Source: Octopus sinensis | Taxonomy: Eukaryota | Length of the DNA stretch: 64,000 bases | Assembly: GCF_006345805.1 (NCBI RefSeq) | Contig: NC_042998.1 | Location: 173,042,001-173,106,000, forward strand | Direction of reading: 5' to 3' | Shown here: positions 25,126 to 37,301 of the stretch, piece by piece | How the letters are laid out: each line of letters begins with the position of its first letter | Position numbering within the stretch: the first letter of the stretch is position 1 | Notes under the pieces: generated by a model | What the model saw: only the letters and a program-made list of their open reading frames with translations | Told to the model about the DNA's origin: nothing | Database searches by the model: none | Made by a program: the position numbers and the translations under genes

Positions 25126-25592
25126 TACAGTCACTGCTTGTGAGAGTGATTTTGATTTTGCATCTTGAAAGTTTCTCTCCAGGAAGCAGCGGCCCATATA
25201 GCAAGTTTGCGGTCCTCTGTGTCCCGTAAGCTATTTGTGCAGTAGAGTTGTCTAAAGCGAACTCACAGAAAATAACTCTTTATTTAGTACGAAGCTGGAA
25301 CATTTATGTCAGTGCATCAGCTTGGATCTACATAGTTCTTCATTGTAACGATTTCCGGGTGATGAAAAGCAGTTAACCTCCATAAGTTTTCAACTCAGAC
25401 CGTGAAGAACGAGAACAAATAGCATTGAGTGTTTTGTTCGATGCTCTAACGCCTCTGCATGTCTTCTGCTTTACATACGTACCTAGATACATGCATCCAT
25501 GCATACATACATGTATGCATACACACAACATATGTGTATGAGTATGGATATATGTACATACGTACATATAAATGTATAAAAACGCACACATA

Positions 25593-25669
<77 letters not shown>

Positions 25670-25687
25670 ATATATATATATATTTAT

Positions 25688-26089
25688 AGGCGCAGGAGTG
25701 GCTGTGTGGTAAGTAGCTTGCTTACCAATCACATGATTCCGGGTTCAGTCCCACTGCGTGGCGCCTTGAGCAAGTGTCTTCTTCTATAGCCTCGGGCCGA
25801 CCAAAGCATTGTGAATGGATTCGGTAGAGGGAAATTGAAAGAAGCCCGTCGTACATATATGTATATGTGTATATGTGTGTGTGTATGTTTTTTTGTGTCT
25901 GTGATTGTCCCTTGACAACCGATGGTGGTGTGTTTACGTCCGCGTAGCTTAGCGGTTCGAGAAAAGAGTCCGATAGAATAAATACTAGGCTTACAAAGAA
26001 TAAGTCCCGGGGTCGATTTTCTCGACTAAAGGCGGTGCTCCAGCATGGCCACAGTCAAATGACTGAAACAAGTAAAAGAGTAAAAGAGT
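25688..26089 (+). mobile_element. SINE family C, full length
   Basis: tRNA-like head aggcgcaggagtggctgtgtggtaag...ccgggttcagtccc; tail ggcggtgctccagcatggccacagtcaaatgactgaaacaagtaaaagag. Confidence 0.9.
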
Positions 26090-26899
26090 AATCAGATATA
26101 CACACGTATATATGCCATATGTGCGTCTCCATGCGTGCATTTGAGCACAAACGTGTGTGTGTGTGTGTGTGTGCAAGATGTCCTGAAGGAGTTTATGATG
26201 TATCTGTCTTTCTCATATGTTTCTTCTTTACACTTTGTGGTTTCAAAACCTAAATATATCATACAGGTTTCTATAGATTGAACATTCAGTATTATTTTTT
26301 CCTGGTTTTCTTCGTTTCGATGCCAATTCCTTGATGCTGCTGCTGCCTCTGCTGCTGCTGCCTCTGCTGCTGCTGAGGTTACTGGCACTACTGCTGCTCT
26401 TGCTGCCGACGCAACTGCTGTAGTTGTTGTTGTTGTTGTTATTAAACCCAAGATCAGTTTTGATTGATCCGATCTACGATCAAAGGCGGCCCAATCAAAA
26501 TACTCCCTATCATTCTCCTGAGAATTTTGCGTATCTACAACTTCATTATCCATTGCTTGCAAGTTTAGGTTTATTTCAGTAAGATAACAGACCGGAATGA
26601 TTAACTGCTTACTTAGAACTGCGCACGCGTGTGCATTCATATGAATAAGTTATGGACTTTCATAGATGTTGTTATCGTTATTGTCGTTGTTGATTTGCAG
26701 GTCATCTCTGACTAAGCCCTGCTTTTCCTCATCTGCTTATCTCTCACTACACGTCGGAATGTGATCCTCTTTCTGAAGACGAGATTATGCAATTTCGGAC
26801 GGTTGTTACTGCTATCTATGGAAGGCCAGTGTGCACAAAATACCCAATCATTGGTTACACGCTACCATTGTCATCGGTTTACATATTCAAATAGATATT

Positions 26900-27290
26900 T
26901 GCGTTTCATCCTTTCGGGGTTGATAAGATAAGTACCAGTTATACTCTAGGGTCGATGTAATCGACTTAGCCTGCCCTAGAACTGCTGGCCTTATGCCAAA
27001 ATTTAAAATCATCATCATCATCATCATCATTATTATTGTCGTTATTATTATTGTTATTATTATTGTTATCATTATTATTATCATTATTAAGGCAAAATCG
27101 TTAGCACAGTGGACGAAATGCTTAGCGGTATTTCGCTCGTCGTTACGATCTGAGCTAAAATTCCACCGAGGTCGACTTTGCCTTTCTTCCTTTCAGTGTA
27201 GATAAATTAAGTCGAGTACTGGTGTCGATGTGAACCACTGTCCCCCTCCACACAACATCCAGTCCTTGTTCCTTTAGTAGGAAGCATTAC

Positions 27291-27362
<72 letters not shown>

Positions 27363-27577
27363 CACGTTAGCACACCGGGCGAAATGCGTAACCGTATTTC
27401 GTCTGCCGTTACGTTCTGAGTTCAAATTCCGTTGAGATCGACTTTGCCTTTCATCCTTTCGGGGTCGATTAAATAAGTACCAGTTACGCACTCGGGTCGA
27501 TATAATCGACTTAATCCGTTTGTCTATCCTTGTTTGTCCCCTCTGTGTTTAGCCCCTTGTGGGTAGTAAAGAAACAT
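26900..27577 (+). mobile_element. Stack of three SINE family D copies separated by (ATT)n tracts
   Basis: Shared core gaggtcgactttgcctttcatcctttcggggtcgat..attaagtaccag at ~26900-26998, ~27088-27285 and ~27365-27577. Confidence 0.85.
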
Positions 27578-27596
27578 ATTATTATTATTATTATTA

Positions 27597-27630
<34 letters not shown>

Positions 27631-27632
<2 letters not shown>

Positions 27633-27925
27633 GTGTTGAAAACGCACATGTTATTTCACTGAGTATGATTGAAATTGTCAGCTGTTCACAGACAGCAGAC
27701 GATGGTCATATTTCTTTACTGGTGATGCTTTAAGAAACTTGTGACGAATTTTTGCAGTCCGAGACAATGCTGATTTTTGTAAGTGTTCTACCTTCACACT
27801 TGCACCAATTTTTTCAGCCATGTTTTTAGTCCAATGCTGATACTTCCAAGTGCGGCAGATATTATTGGTATCACTATTGGTACGCTCGTCATTGACCACA
27901 ACCTTCGTATTTCCCATGTGATACT
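27631..27925 (-). mobile_element. R4/Dong-clade LINE 3' end running into (TAA)n
   Basis: KVVV...EKIGASVKVEHLQKSALSRTAKIRHKFL resembles the R4/Dong C-terminus (LQK..LLGTA.ILRKVL); 3' end abuts (TAA)n. Confidence 0.7.
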
Positions 27926-28114
27926 TGTGGGTTGTTTGTGGAAATTTTTTCCTCCTAAAATATAAAATTCAAACTTTCATAAAACAAATATATGAATGGG
28001 AAAAATAAATAGAAATTATGAATTTGAAATGTTCTCGTGCACAAATTATTATATATTTGAAAATGTATTATATTTTGATTTGTTCAATCAAATAATAAAA
28101 TACATTTTTTAAAT

Positions 28115-28335
28115 TTTCATCTAGTTTCAGCTCACGAGCTGTGGCCATGCTGGGGTACCGCCATTTTAAGTCTATTATATCGATCTCAGTATGTAACTGG
28201 TACTTAATTTATCGACCTCGAAAGGATGAAAGGCAAAGTCGACCTCGGCGGAATTTGAACTCAAAACGTAGCGGCAGACGAAATACCGCTAAGTATTTGG
28301 CCCGGCGTGCTAACGTTTCTGTCAGTTCGCCGCGT
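28115..28335 (-). mobile_element. SINE family D copy carrying a CR1-type 3' tail
   Basis: Family D head and core followed by atggcggtaccccagcatggccacagctcgtgagctgaaactaga. Confidence 0.8.
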
Positions 28336-29977
28336 TGTTAATGACTGTAACTCATTTGTTAAAGAAATATGTTTGGATTGGATCTATGAATCGTTCATGG
28401 ATGAAACAGAGCGCAAAAGACATCTTCCATTAAAAGCTCAGGAAAGATAAGCAATATTTTAGAGTGATTCAAATTTCAAACTTGACTTTTCTATGAAAAT
28501 CTGAAATGCTTTTTGAGTGGGTGTTCATGCTCAGTTTTCAATGTTGGTGGATTTAGCAAATGAAACCCTTCTCTCATTTGTCACCATGTTTTTGCGTGAA
28601 TCTGTATTTTTGATGTTAACTGGAATTAAAACAGATGGAATTAAGAAGTATTGAAATTGCCTTGAGACCAACATTACCAAATATCAAACAAAAATTTGAT
28701 TTGTGCAAAAATAAATAAACATAACATTCTAATTATACCTCCTTTTTTTTAATAAATGTATATTAAAAAATTGAGAGATGTTAGTTGTTATTGCTGCTGC
28801 AAAAATACAAAGATGAGAGCTGAGACGGACTTTGGCACTTTTTGCCTAAGGGAGAAAATATTTTCTTTGATATTTTTTCTGTTAACACTAATTCTGAATT
28901 TGGTTTTTCCTTAGGAGTAACGATATTTTAGAGATGATGCTTTTCTATTCTTGCAAGAAAAGATTTTGTATTATTTTTGTATATTTTTGTATTATTTTTC
29001 AGCATTTTCGTATATTTATATTAACATTTTAAAACTCAGTTTCTGCCGCTGATTCTTATTTATTTGAGTTATGACCGAAAAATAACATATATTGTTGTTT
29101 AAGCAAACAAACTATATATTTAACTTTGTTGAATATATCTGAATAATTTATATATCTGAATAATTCCTTTTATTTCCGTATCGTCCATTTTGAGTATGAA
29201 AAAATTCTTTATTCCTCTGATTGAATAAATAATATTAACTGTAAGACTTTTCTTAAAAGAACAGATTTTCTATAGAGAAAATACCTCCTGAGCAATTTTC
29301 TAAAGAAGGAGATTTTTGCGAGTTCGTCATTTGTTTGTAGTAAAAATCGCCAATAGTTGATTTTTACCAAGTTTTCTAGGTTTCATGGGCAGAGAACACC
29401 AGTAATTTCTTTTGCCAAACCTAAGGGTGAAGCTTGCGATTCAAAAAGTTTAGGAAGACATGCCTCATGTTTCCAAAACCTCCTTTTTTGCTAATAAGAG
29501 CTGAAGAGTTTTATTTTGTCTGTTATTTTCTCCCTATTATTCATTAGGGGTGCTCTATATATGGTTGGAGAATTTGAACCTGAAAACATATCTCACAGGC
29601 TCGGATTAGGAAAGAAAACCACATATAGTCCACTCTGCCTTGGAATTTATCAACTTGGGTATTTTCAAAATTGTGGTTACCATTGACTTTCAAGCATTCC
29701 TTTCAATCTAGTGTGAATTGAAATTCATTTTTAATAAGTTCGTATTTCTCATTTCATGCAGTTAGATGAACTTGTTATGCTTTTAACAAGTTATTTACCC
29801 TATACTAATGATAAGGAGGATGATCATCATGTTCACATTGATAATGATAGCAACAAAGTCGGCTTGAAAATAACGAATTTTTACGTTGATTTCTTACATA
29901 ACAACTATTTTTCAATGAAATAATTTATGATATATAATGGTACCGCTGGTGAAAAAATTGGAGAAGTGGTAATGATA

Positions 29978-30190
29978 CTCTTTTACTCTCTCTTTTACTT
30001 GTTTCAGTCATTTGACTGTGGCCATGCTGGAGCACCGCCTTTAGTCGAGTAAATCAACCCCAGGACTTATTCTTTGTAAGCCTAGTACTTATTCTATCGG
30101 TCTCTTTTGCCGAACCGCTAATTTACGGGGACGTAAACACACCAGCATCGCTTGTCAAGCTATGTTGGAGGGACAATCACAGACACACAA

Positions 30191-30276
<86 letters not shown>

Positions 30277-30437
30277 CGGGCTTCTTTCAGTTTCCATCTA
30301 CCAAATCCACTCATAAATCTTTAGTCGGCCCGAGGCTATAGTAGAAGACACTTGCCCAAGGCGCCACGCAGTGAGACTGAATCTGGAACAATGTGGTTGG
30401 TAAGCAAGCTACTTACCACACAGCCACTCCTACGCCT
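29978..30437 (-). mobile_element. SINE family C, full length
   Basis: Reverse-complement paralog of 25688-26089. Confidence 0.9.
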
Positions 30438-32264
30438 GATCAGGAGGAGACATAAAGAATAATAATCATGAACTGCATAATAAACCAGAAAGGGTAGAAT
30501 ATTGTTTTTCACATGAATTAAAACAGTTTAATTCATGTTCCACACAGATTTTAACAGAATCATATATAAGACTAAATCCTGTACGTTTCCTTTTTCCTTA
30601 TCTTTTCAAGGCCACTGGTATAAGTTAGAAATAGCAATTCCTACTATTATTTATTCACTATCTGAAAACCATAAGCATTACTAAACACATGGTCTTCTGT
30701 TTGCTAATCAACCGTCGGTGAAGTTCTCTGGCGTAAATACTGTAATATATTCGTGTAAAGCAATTCTTCCTTGATCTCTCTCGTTAAATTTGAAGTATAC
30801 GCAAGAAATAAAGTTTGCGTGTCGCAATTGATACTTATGTCAAGTTTCAAGATATACACATAAAACAAATTTATAATTTTTAAGAATCATTCAAAATCCC
30901 GACAAAAATAAATATGAAGAAATTACATCGCTATTTCTTTTTGTGCCGTTTGTTTGCTTTAAAATTTGCATTTTATAGTTTGCAAGAAATGAAAATTACT
31001 AATGAGATGGCAGTGACATCAAGAACTAAAAATGTCAGTAAAACACTGAAGGTAGGCCATGATGATGATGATGGTGGTGGTGGTGATGATGATAATAATG
31101 ATGATCATGATTATCATCATCATCATCTGCCTCCTCATGAGAAGTAGGAGTGGATATAGAGATGAAAATTAGATTGATCTGATGACGATAATGATTACAG
31201 AGGTGACTGCTGAGAGCAATTAATCATCGAGGAGTTTAAAAGCTCCATTGTAATGGGTTTGTGAAACGTTTATGAATTGGATGAGTATAATGTCTTTGTT
31301 AATTATGCTAATGTAAAGACTATGTTGACCTCATAATCCCTACATGAACTCATGAATTAGCATAGCAAACATTTACTACTGTAAAATTACTAAAAATCTA
31401 TATTTGACTTAAATGGAAGACGTTTTGGGAAAATTACTTTATTTTATATTAAATCAGATAATTCAAAAGTTTACGTCTTGCAAGGAAGTTTGAAGTGAAA
31501 TAAATTAAAGATTTTAGCATTCAACAAAACTATTTCCTATGACATATGACCGTTTTAGAGATTACCAGCAACAACATTTAACAAGTTCTCATTACTAAAG
31601 ATCCAACTTTTCTTTACATAAGAATTATAAAGTTGTTTTATATTCATAGTTCAGGGAACACTAAATCAGACCTCAAAAGAAAGTCCCTCTTTCTGTCTTT
31701 CAAGTGCTTGAAGGCAAGAAAAGTAGGTAATTTAATCTAATTTGCCAAATAATGGAATGAATAGGTTATGTCTCTTTTAAAATTAATCGTCGAAAAAATA
31801 TGCCTTAGCTCTAGATATTACAATCATTCACAAATATATAAGTGTCAACACGGGGCACCAATCTGAGAAAGGAAATACCCTTCTACACCAAAGGATGAAG
31901 CATTTACGAAATCATAACGATAGTCGAAGGTATATAGAAGGTAAGGAGAGAAAATGGCAAACCAAAGGAGAAACAAATTTCCACAAGTTAAGGTAAAAAT
32001 AAACAAACATGGAAATCGAGCGATAAATACATATGTCATCTTTTACGTGTTTCACATATTAGACTGTAGCCGTGCGGGGGCTCTACTTTGGAATGTTTTA
32101 CTCAAGCAAATTAAATCCTACACTTATGTTTTTCTAAAGTTTGGTACGTATTCCATTGCTCTATTTTGATGAACCGTTATATTAGGGAGATATAAAAGAC
32201 TAACACCAATTGTCAAGTAGTGCAATGAGGTAAAACACATAGACACAAACATACATACACACTG

Positions 32265-32334
<70 letters not shown>

Positions 32335-32365
32335 TTTATTTAAAAGCAGCAGAATTATAACAAAA

Positions 32366-32404
32366 GTTGTTACTCAGAGTTTCACGTTCCTGTTCGTCGG
32401 ACAG
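32366..32404 (-). ncRNA. Hammerhead-like motif, C4 core variant, weak stem II
   Basis: ctgt CCGACGA acaggaacgt GAAAC tctga GTA acaac. Confidence 0.4.
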
Positions 32405-33011
32405 TTTTATATATATATGAAAGGATTGAATATAAACACGCTTTCAGACACTTATGTACATATAAATACACTCGGATACACAAATAGATAGATAGAAAAA
32501 TACCTATATAGATGCATGCATGTATACATACATACACACGTATATATGTAGGTGCAAGTATGTGCATATATATATATATATATATATGTATGTAAATATA
32601 TACAAATATATATTTTTTCATACACACACATACACAGAAATGCACAGACAGACATATATTTATATATATGTGTGTGTGTATATATACATGTATGCATATA
32701 TGTATATGTACATATATATATATCAATAATAAAGGGTGAAATCAATTAATTAATTTAGAAATAATCATTAATTTCACCAAGTAGAGTTCGGCATGTAAAA
32801 GACCCATTCAAGGAAGGTTTAAGTAATACTAATTAATTAAGGGTTCAGCAACGATTTGCCTCACCACACACCGAATTTAGAAATAGCAGTCAAAAAGTTT
32901 TGGCTATTCTTTCTACTTAAAAGGGAGATCCCAGTAAAATCAAAGCACTTAAAAAACAAACAACGCAGGCAGAAGAGAAAGAAATGACGAAACTCATTCT
33001 ATATTAAGTTA

Positions 33012-33103
33012 CCTACGGACGCACGTTTCGGAATTAAGTGATAACAGAGCATAACAAATTAAATAATTATGTCTTACCTGACTATTTCCCTCCTCAGCGT
33101 AGG
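33012..33103 (-). ncRNA. Type-I hammerhead ribozyme, canonical core, long loop II
   Basis: cctacg CTGAGGA ggga...ttcc GAAAC gtgc GTC cgtagg; perfect 6-bp stem I. Confidence 0.8.
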
Positions 33104-33612
33104 ATTCTTCAATTATAAATAATTGCGTCTCAATTATTAATAATTGTGTATTAAATTTGAAGGCACTAGAAGACATCACCTCAACTCATGGTATCAGAGC
33201 GAGGGTAATTCTTGCCAGTACAGCCAAATTCAAAGGGTGAATGGAAGTAAGTCACCTTCCCCTTCCGCCAGCGTGTTGCCAAAATAAGATGCTACAGTTT
33301 TTTACTGGGAAGAAATACGATTATCAATAATAAAGGGTGAAATCAATTAATTAATTTAGAAATAAGCATTAATTTCACCAAGTAGAGTTCGGCATGTAAA
33401 AGACCCATTCAAGGAAGGTTTAAGTAATACTAATTAATTAAGGGTTCAGCAACGATTTGCCTCACCACACACCGAATTTAGAAATAGCAGTCAAAAAGTT
33501 TTGGCTATTCTTTCTACTTAAAAGGGAGATCTCAGTAAAACCAAAGCACTTAAAAAACAAACAACGCAGGCAAAAGAGAAAGAAATGACGAAAATCATTC
33601 TATATTAAGTTA

Positions 33613-33703
33613 CCTACGGACGCACGTTTCGGAATTAAGTCATAGAAGAGCATAAAAATTAAATAATTATGTCTTACCTGACTATTTTCATCCTCAGCGT
33701 AGG
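33613..33703 (-). ncRNA. Type-I hammerhead ribozyme, canonical core (tandem partner)
   Basis: cctacg CTGAGGA tgaa...ttcc GAAAC gtgc GTC cgtagg. Confidence 0.75.
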
Positions 33704-33918
33704 ACTCTTCAATTATAAATAAACGTGCGTCCGTAGGTAACTTAATATAGAATGATTTTCGTCATTTCTTTCTCTTTTGCCTGCGTTGTTTGTTTTTAAG
33801 TGCTTTGGTTTTACTGGGATCTCCCTTTTAAGTAGAAAGAATAGCCAAAACGTTTTGACTGCTATTTCTAAATTCGGTGTGTGGTGAGGCAAATCGTTGC
33901 TGAACCCTTAATTAATTA

Positions 33919-33968
<50 letters not shown>

Positions 33969-34799
33969 TGTGTGTGTGTGTGTGTTGTGTGTGTGTGTGT
34001 GTGTGTGTGTGTGCATCTATGTATCTATGTATCTATGTATATATATATGGGCATAGATGTATACGCATATATGTGCGTCTATATGAGACATCTATGTTGA
34101 AAGTAACCAACCAAAAAATGACATATTTTGCTGGAATGAAATAGTAATTAATTTGAACTGTCACTCATAAAAAGATTGTTCATTGACAGCGCACAACTTC
34201 ATACAGATATAATCGTACGATTTACCACAACTACCTAAGCAAACATTGGAAACGTCTCAGGTGCCAAAAAAAAAAATTATGTTCTGAATACAATTACTTA
34301 CTATTAAATATACATACAGACGTATATATGTGTATTATATATATGTACATATGTATGTATGTAAGTATGTATAGGTATTTTAAAGTAAAGAAGAGAAATA
34401 AAAATCAAAATATGAGTATATTTCTATTTCTATTAATATTTAGAAGAAATAACAGAGTGACTGAAGCTCCGAGAGTGTCGTGCACTGGCATTTATCAGCC
34501 TAGTATATATATATATACCTCGTTTTTATGCTGTACATAATGCTTTTCCCGTTTTCGTTTTCGCCCTGTTCTACGTCTCTGTCCTTCTGTTGTAACAAAA
34601 TGGCTTTTCTGTTTTCGTTTCTGTTGATTTTTACGTCTTTTGGTGGTGTCCTGTACGTATATATATTTATATATGCATGTATATATACATGTAGATATCG
34701 GTACGTACATATATGTTTGTATGTATGCATATATTTTATTTATTACACTCGACATCTCTATTACGCTTCCGTGTCAGCAGGTGTATATGAAAGGTAAAT

Positions 34800-34960
34800 G
34801 ACAGCAAAAACCAAGTCATTTATAGCAATTTATTTAGTTAGGGTAAGTTGAATTTGAAATCTTACAGCTGTTCTGGGATATCCCAAGTGATAGGCCAGCT
34901 TTTTGTCCGTACACTGGCTATTCTGTCATCAGAGACAAGGTGAGTATATAAGTTCTAGGC
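34800..34960 (-). mobile_element. PLE pseudo-LTR with decayed HHR (34859-34936, GAAA reduced to GAA)
   Basis: tct CTGATGA cagaata...tatccca GAAC agct GTA aga; inverted paralog of 36060-36240. Confidence 0.7.
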
Positions 34961-35009
34961 TGAGAAATTCACAGATAAAGAATAAATTAGGATAATAAAG
35001 AGTAAAACA

Positions 35010-35190
35010 GTCCTGTATTTAGGAGACGAGGAATTATGTACATTATTTACATTATTTTATAATTGTCAGATATTTGTCCTCACCTTGTTTGTTAACACGA
35101 CATTTCGGCTGATATACCTTCCAATCTTTAACAGGTGTCTTGGGGAAATTTCGAATCAGGGTTCTCATTCCTAAGGTATTTTTCGATATT
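35010..35190 (-). mobile_element. PLE pseudo-LTR-type repeat with decayed HHR (35095-35138)
   Basis: acac CTGTTAA agattggaaggtatatcagcc GAAAT GTC gtgt keeps the stem I layout but the core is mutated. Confidence 0.5.
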
Positions 35191-36124
35191 GTCAAGTGTT
35201 AAGGTAAAATGGAGTAGAAAGGTATTTATGTCTATTTATGAAATAGAGAAAATCTAGGATATGTGTGGTCAGTGGCCAGTAGGGATAGCTAAAAATAGAT
35301 GCCTAGCTTAAGGGGGGTATATATGGGATAAAACTACAATTAAATGGATAAAGGATACAGATTAAAGAAATAAAATTTAGAAGTTACATTAAAAACATTT
35401 AAAAATTAAGTCAGTTAAGATGAGACAGTGTCACGTGACAACTTGCTGGGGCTGCCTGACAGGTGACGGTCGTTTAGAAAAAGCGCGGGCTAAAACTACG
35501 CGCCTTCACTAATCAGTTAAGGTGAGACAGTGTCATGTGACAACTTGCTCGGGTTGCCTGCTGGAGCCTATGCGGCAGGTATTTAAAGGGAAAAAATTGA
35601 CAAGACAGGCAGTCACCGGCTGACACTCGCTGACGATACATCGAAGAGGCCAGGGAACAGAAGAAAGAAGAAAGAAGACATGCACCCAACACCAGAGCTG
35701 AAGATACCTCCGAAAGGATGGGGGGCACGTCAAAACGGTAGAGGAGTAGGGGCCGAAACCGGATGTGGTTCCTCCTGATGATATCTTGAGCTAACTGGAT
35801 CCTATAAAGAAGCTGTTGTGGTTGCAGTCCACGAAACACGGTTGTAATTCCCCTTCAAGCTAGTTAGCTTCTAAAATACTTATGCTGATAGAGAGGAAAA
35901 GAAATGGTAAAACGTACGTATATTGTAACGACTGTGTTATGTGTGTTGATTTTACTTGCATTTGGACATATGGAGGAATCTAAAGGTGCGAACGAACTTA
36001 TGCTTACATGCAGAAAATGCTTATTCTTCTGTCTGTATTCTATCTACTTTTATCTTTAATCTTCTATTTTATTCCTTATAAACTGTGACTATTCCTGTCT
36101 AGAACTTTCATACATACTCACTTT

Positions 36125-36200
36125 GTCGCTGATGACGGAAAACCCAGTGTAAGGACATGCCAGGCTATCACTTTGTATATCCCAGAAACAACTGTAAGAC
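36125..36200 (+). ncRNA. Type-I hammerhead-like motif, canonical core, long loop II
   Basis: gtcg CTGATGA cgga...tccca GAAAC aact GTA agac; one stem I mismatch. Confidence 0.55.
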
Positions 36201-36276
36201 TTCAAATTCACCTTAACCTAATTAAATTATTATAAATCATTTGAGATACGCGTGTTTGTTATCCTTTTCCTCTAAC

Positions 36277-36378
<102 letters not shown>

Positions 36379-36462
36379 TTAGAGACAAAACCACTATTTT
36401 GCAAAACAAACAAGGAAAGACTTAATCAATACATAAAATTTTAATAAAAAGTAAAAAAACCG

Positions 36463-36506
36463 CCACTACAATTGTTTCATGTCTTCTAATGACAATCTTC
36501 AGGTGG
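36463..36506 (-). ncRNA. Type-I hammerhead ribozyme (left arm)
   Basis: Mirror copy of 36556-36599. Confidence 0.72.
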
Positions 36507-36555
36507 ATTTCCGAATTTCAAATCAGTTTCAATTTATGATTTGAAATTCGGAAAT

Positions 36556-36599
36556 CCACCTGAAGATTGTCATTAGAAGACATGAAACAATTGTAGTGG
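36556..36599 (+). ncRNA. Type-I hammerhead ribozyme, canonical core
   Basis: ccac CTGAAGA t tgtc attagaa gaca t GAAAC aatt GTA gtgg; palindromic ACAATTGT stem III. Confidence 0.75.
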
Positions 36600-36816
36600 C
36601 GGTTTTTTTACTTTTTATTAAAATTTTATGTATTGATTAAGTCTTTCCTTGTTTGTTTTGCAAAATAGTGGTTTTGTCTCTAATTAATATTATATAATAT
36701 TTTACTATAAAATTGGATTTAATCCTAAATCTGATTTTTTCCCTGTAAATTTGGATTTATTCCCTAATATTTATTATATATATATATATATATATATACA
36801 TACATACATTCATATA

Positions 36817-37180
36817 TGTGTTTAAGAAGCTGGCTTTCCAGCCACGTGACTCCGGGTTCAGTCCCTCTGAGTAGGACCGCTGGTTTCTTCTACTTTAATC
36901 TCAGACCGACCAAACCCTTGTGAGTGGTTTTGGTAGACGGAAAGAACCCGTCGGTCGTGTATATATATATAAATATCCATATGTTGTATGTCTGTGTTTG
37001 TCGCCCCACTGTCACTTGATAACCAATGTTGATGTATTTGCGTCCACGTAACTGATTGGTTCGGCAAAATAAACTGATGGAATAAGTTCTAAGCTTACAA
37101 AGAATAAGTTCTGGGATTGATTTCTATGACTAAAGGCGGTATACCAGTATGGCCTCAGTCAAATGAAACAAGTAAAAGAA
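36817..37180 (+). mobile_element. SINE family C, diverged
   Basis: Homology to 25688-26089. Confidence 0.8.
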
Positions 37181-37190
37181 TATCTGTCTG

Positions 37191-37251
<61 letters not shown>

Positions 37252-37261
37252 ATCTATCTAT

Positions 37262-37301
<40 letters not shown>

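Larger units (their letters stand above)
32721..33922 (-). mobile_element. PLE pseudo-LTR/retrozyme-like composite: two ~400-bp direct repeats (601-bp period) plus an inverted partial copy
   Basis: Unit A 32721-33120, spacer, unit B 33322-33720, inverted arm 33721-33922 (reverse complement of ~33427-33629); (TA)n on both sides. Confidence 0.9.

Noticed and set aside
26092-26640. 182-aa ORF with poly-T/poly-A stretch
   Set aside because: Starts and ends in microsatellite or low-complexity sequence, no recognisable domain, length inflated by (GCA/ACA)n.
30700-30830. EF-hand-like peptide FNERDQGRIALHEY on the minus strand
   Set aside because: Only ~42 codons between stops, key ligand residues missing, no splice acceptor.
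32721-33922. CRISPR-like or prokaryotic interpretation of the repeats
   Set aside because: No short regularly spaced repeat-spacer array and no cas genes; sequence is eukaryotic and TE-rich.
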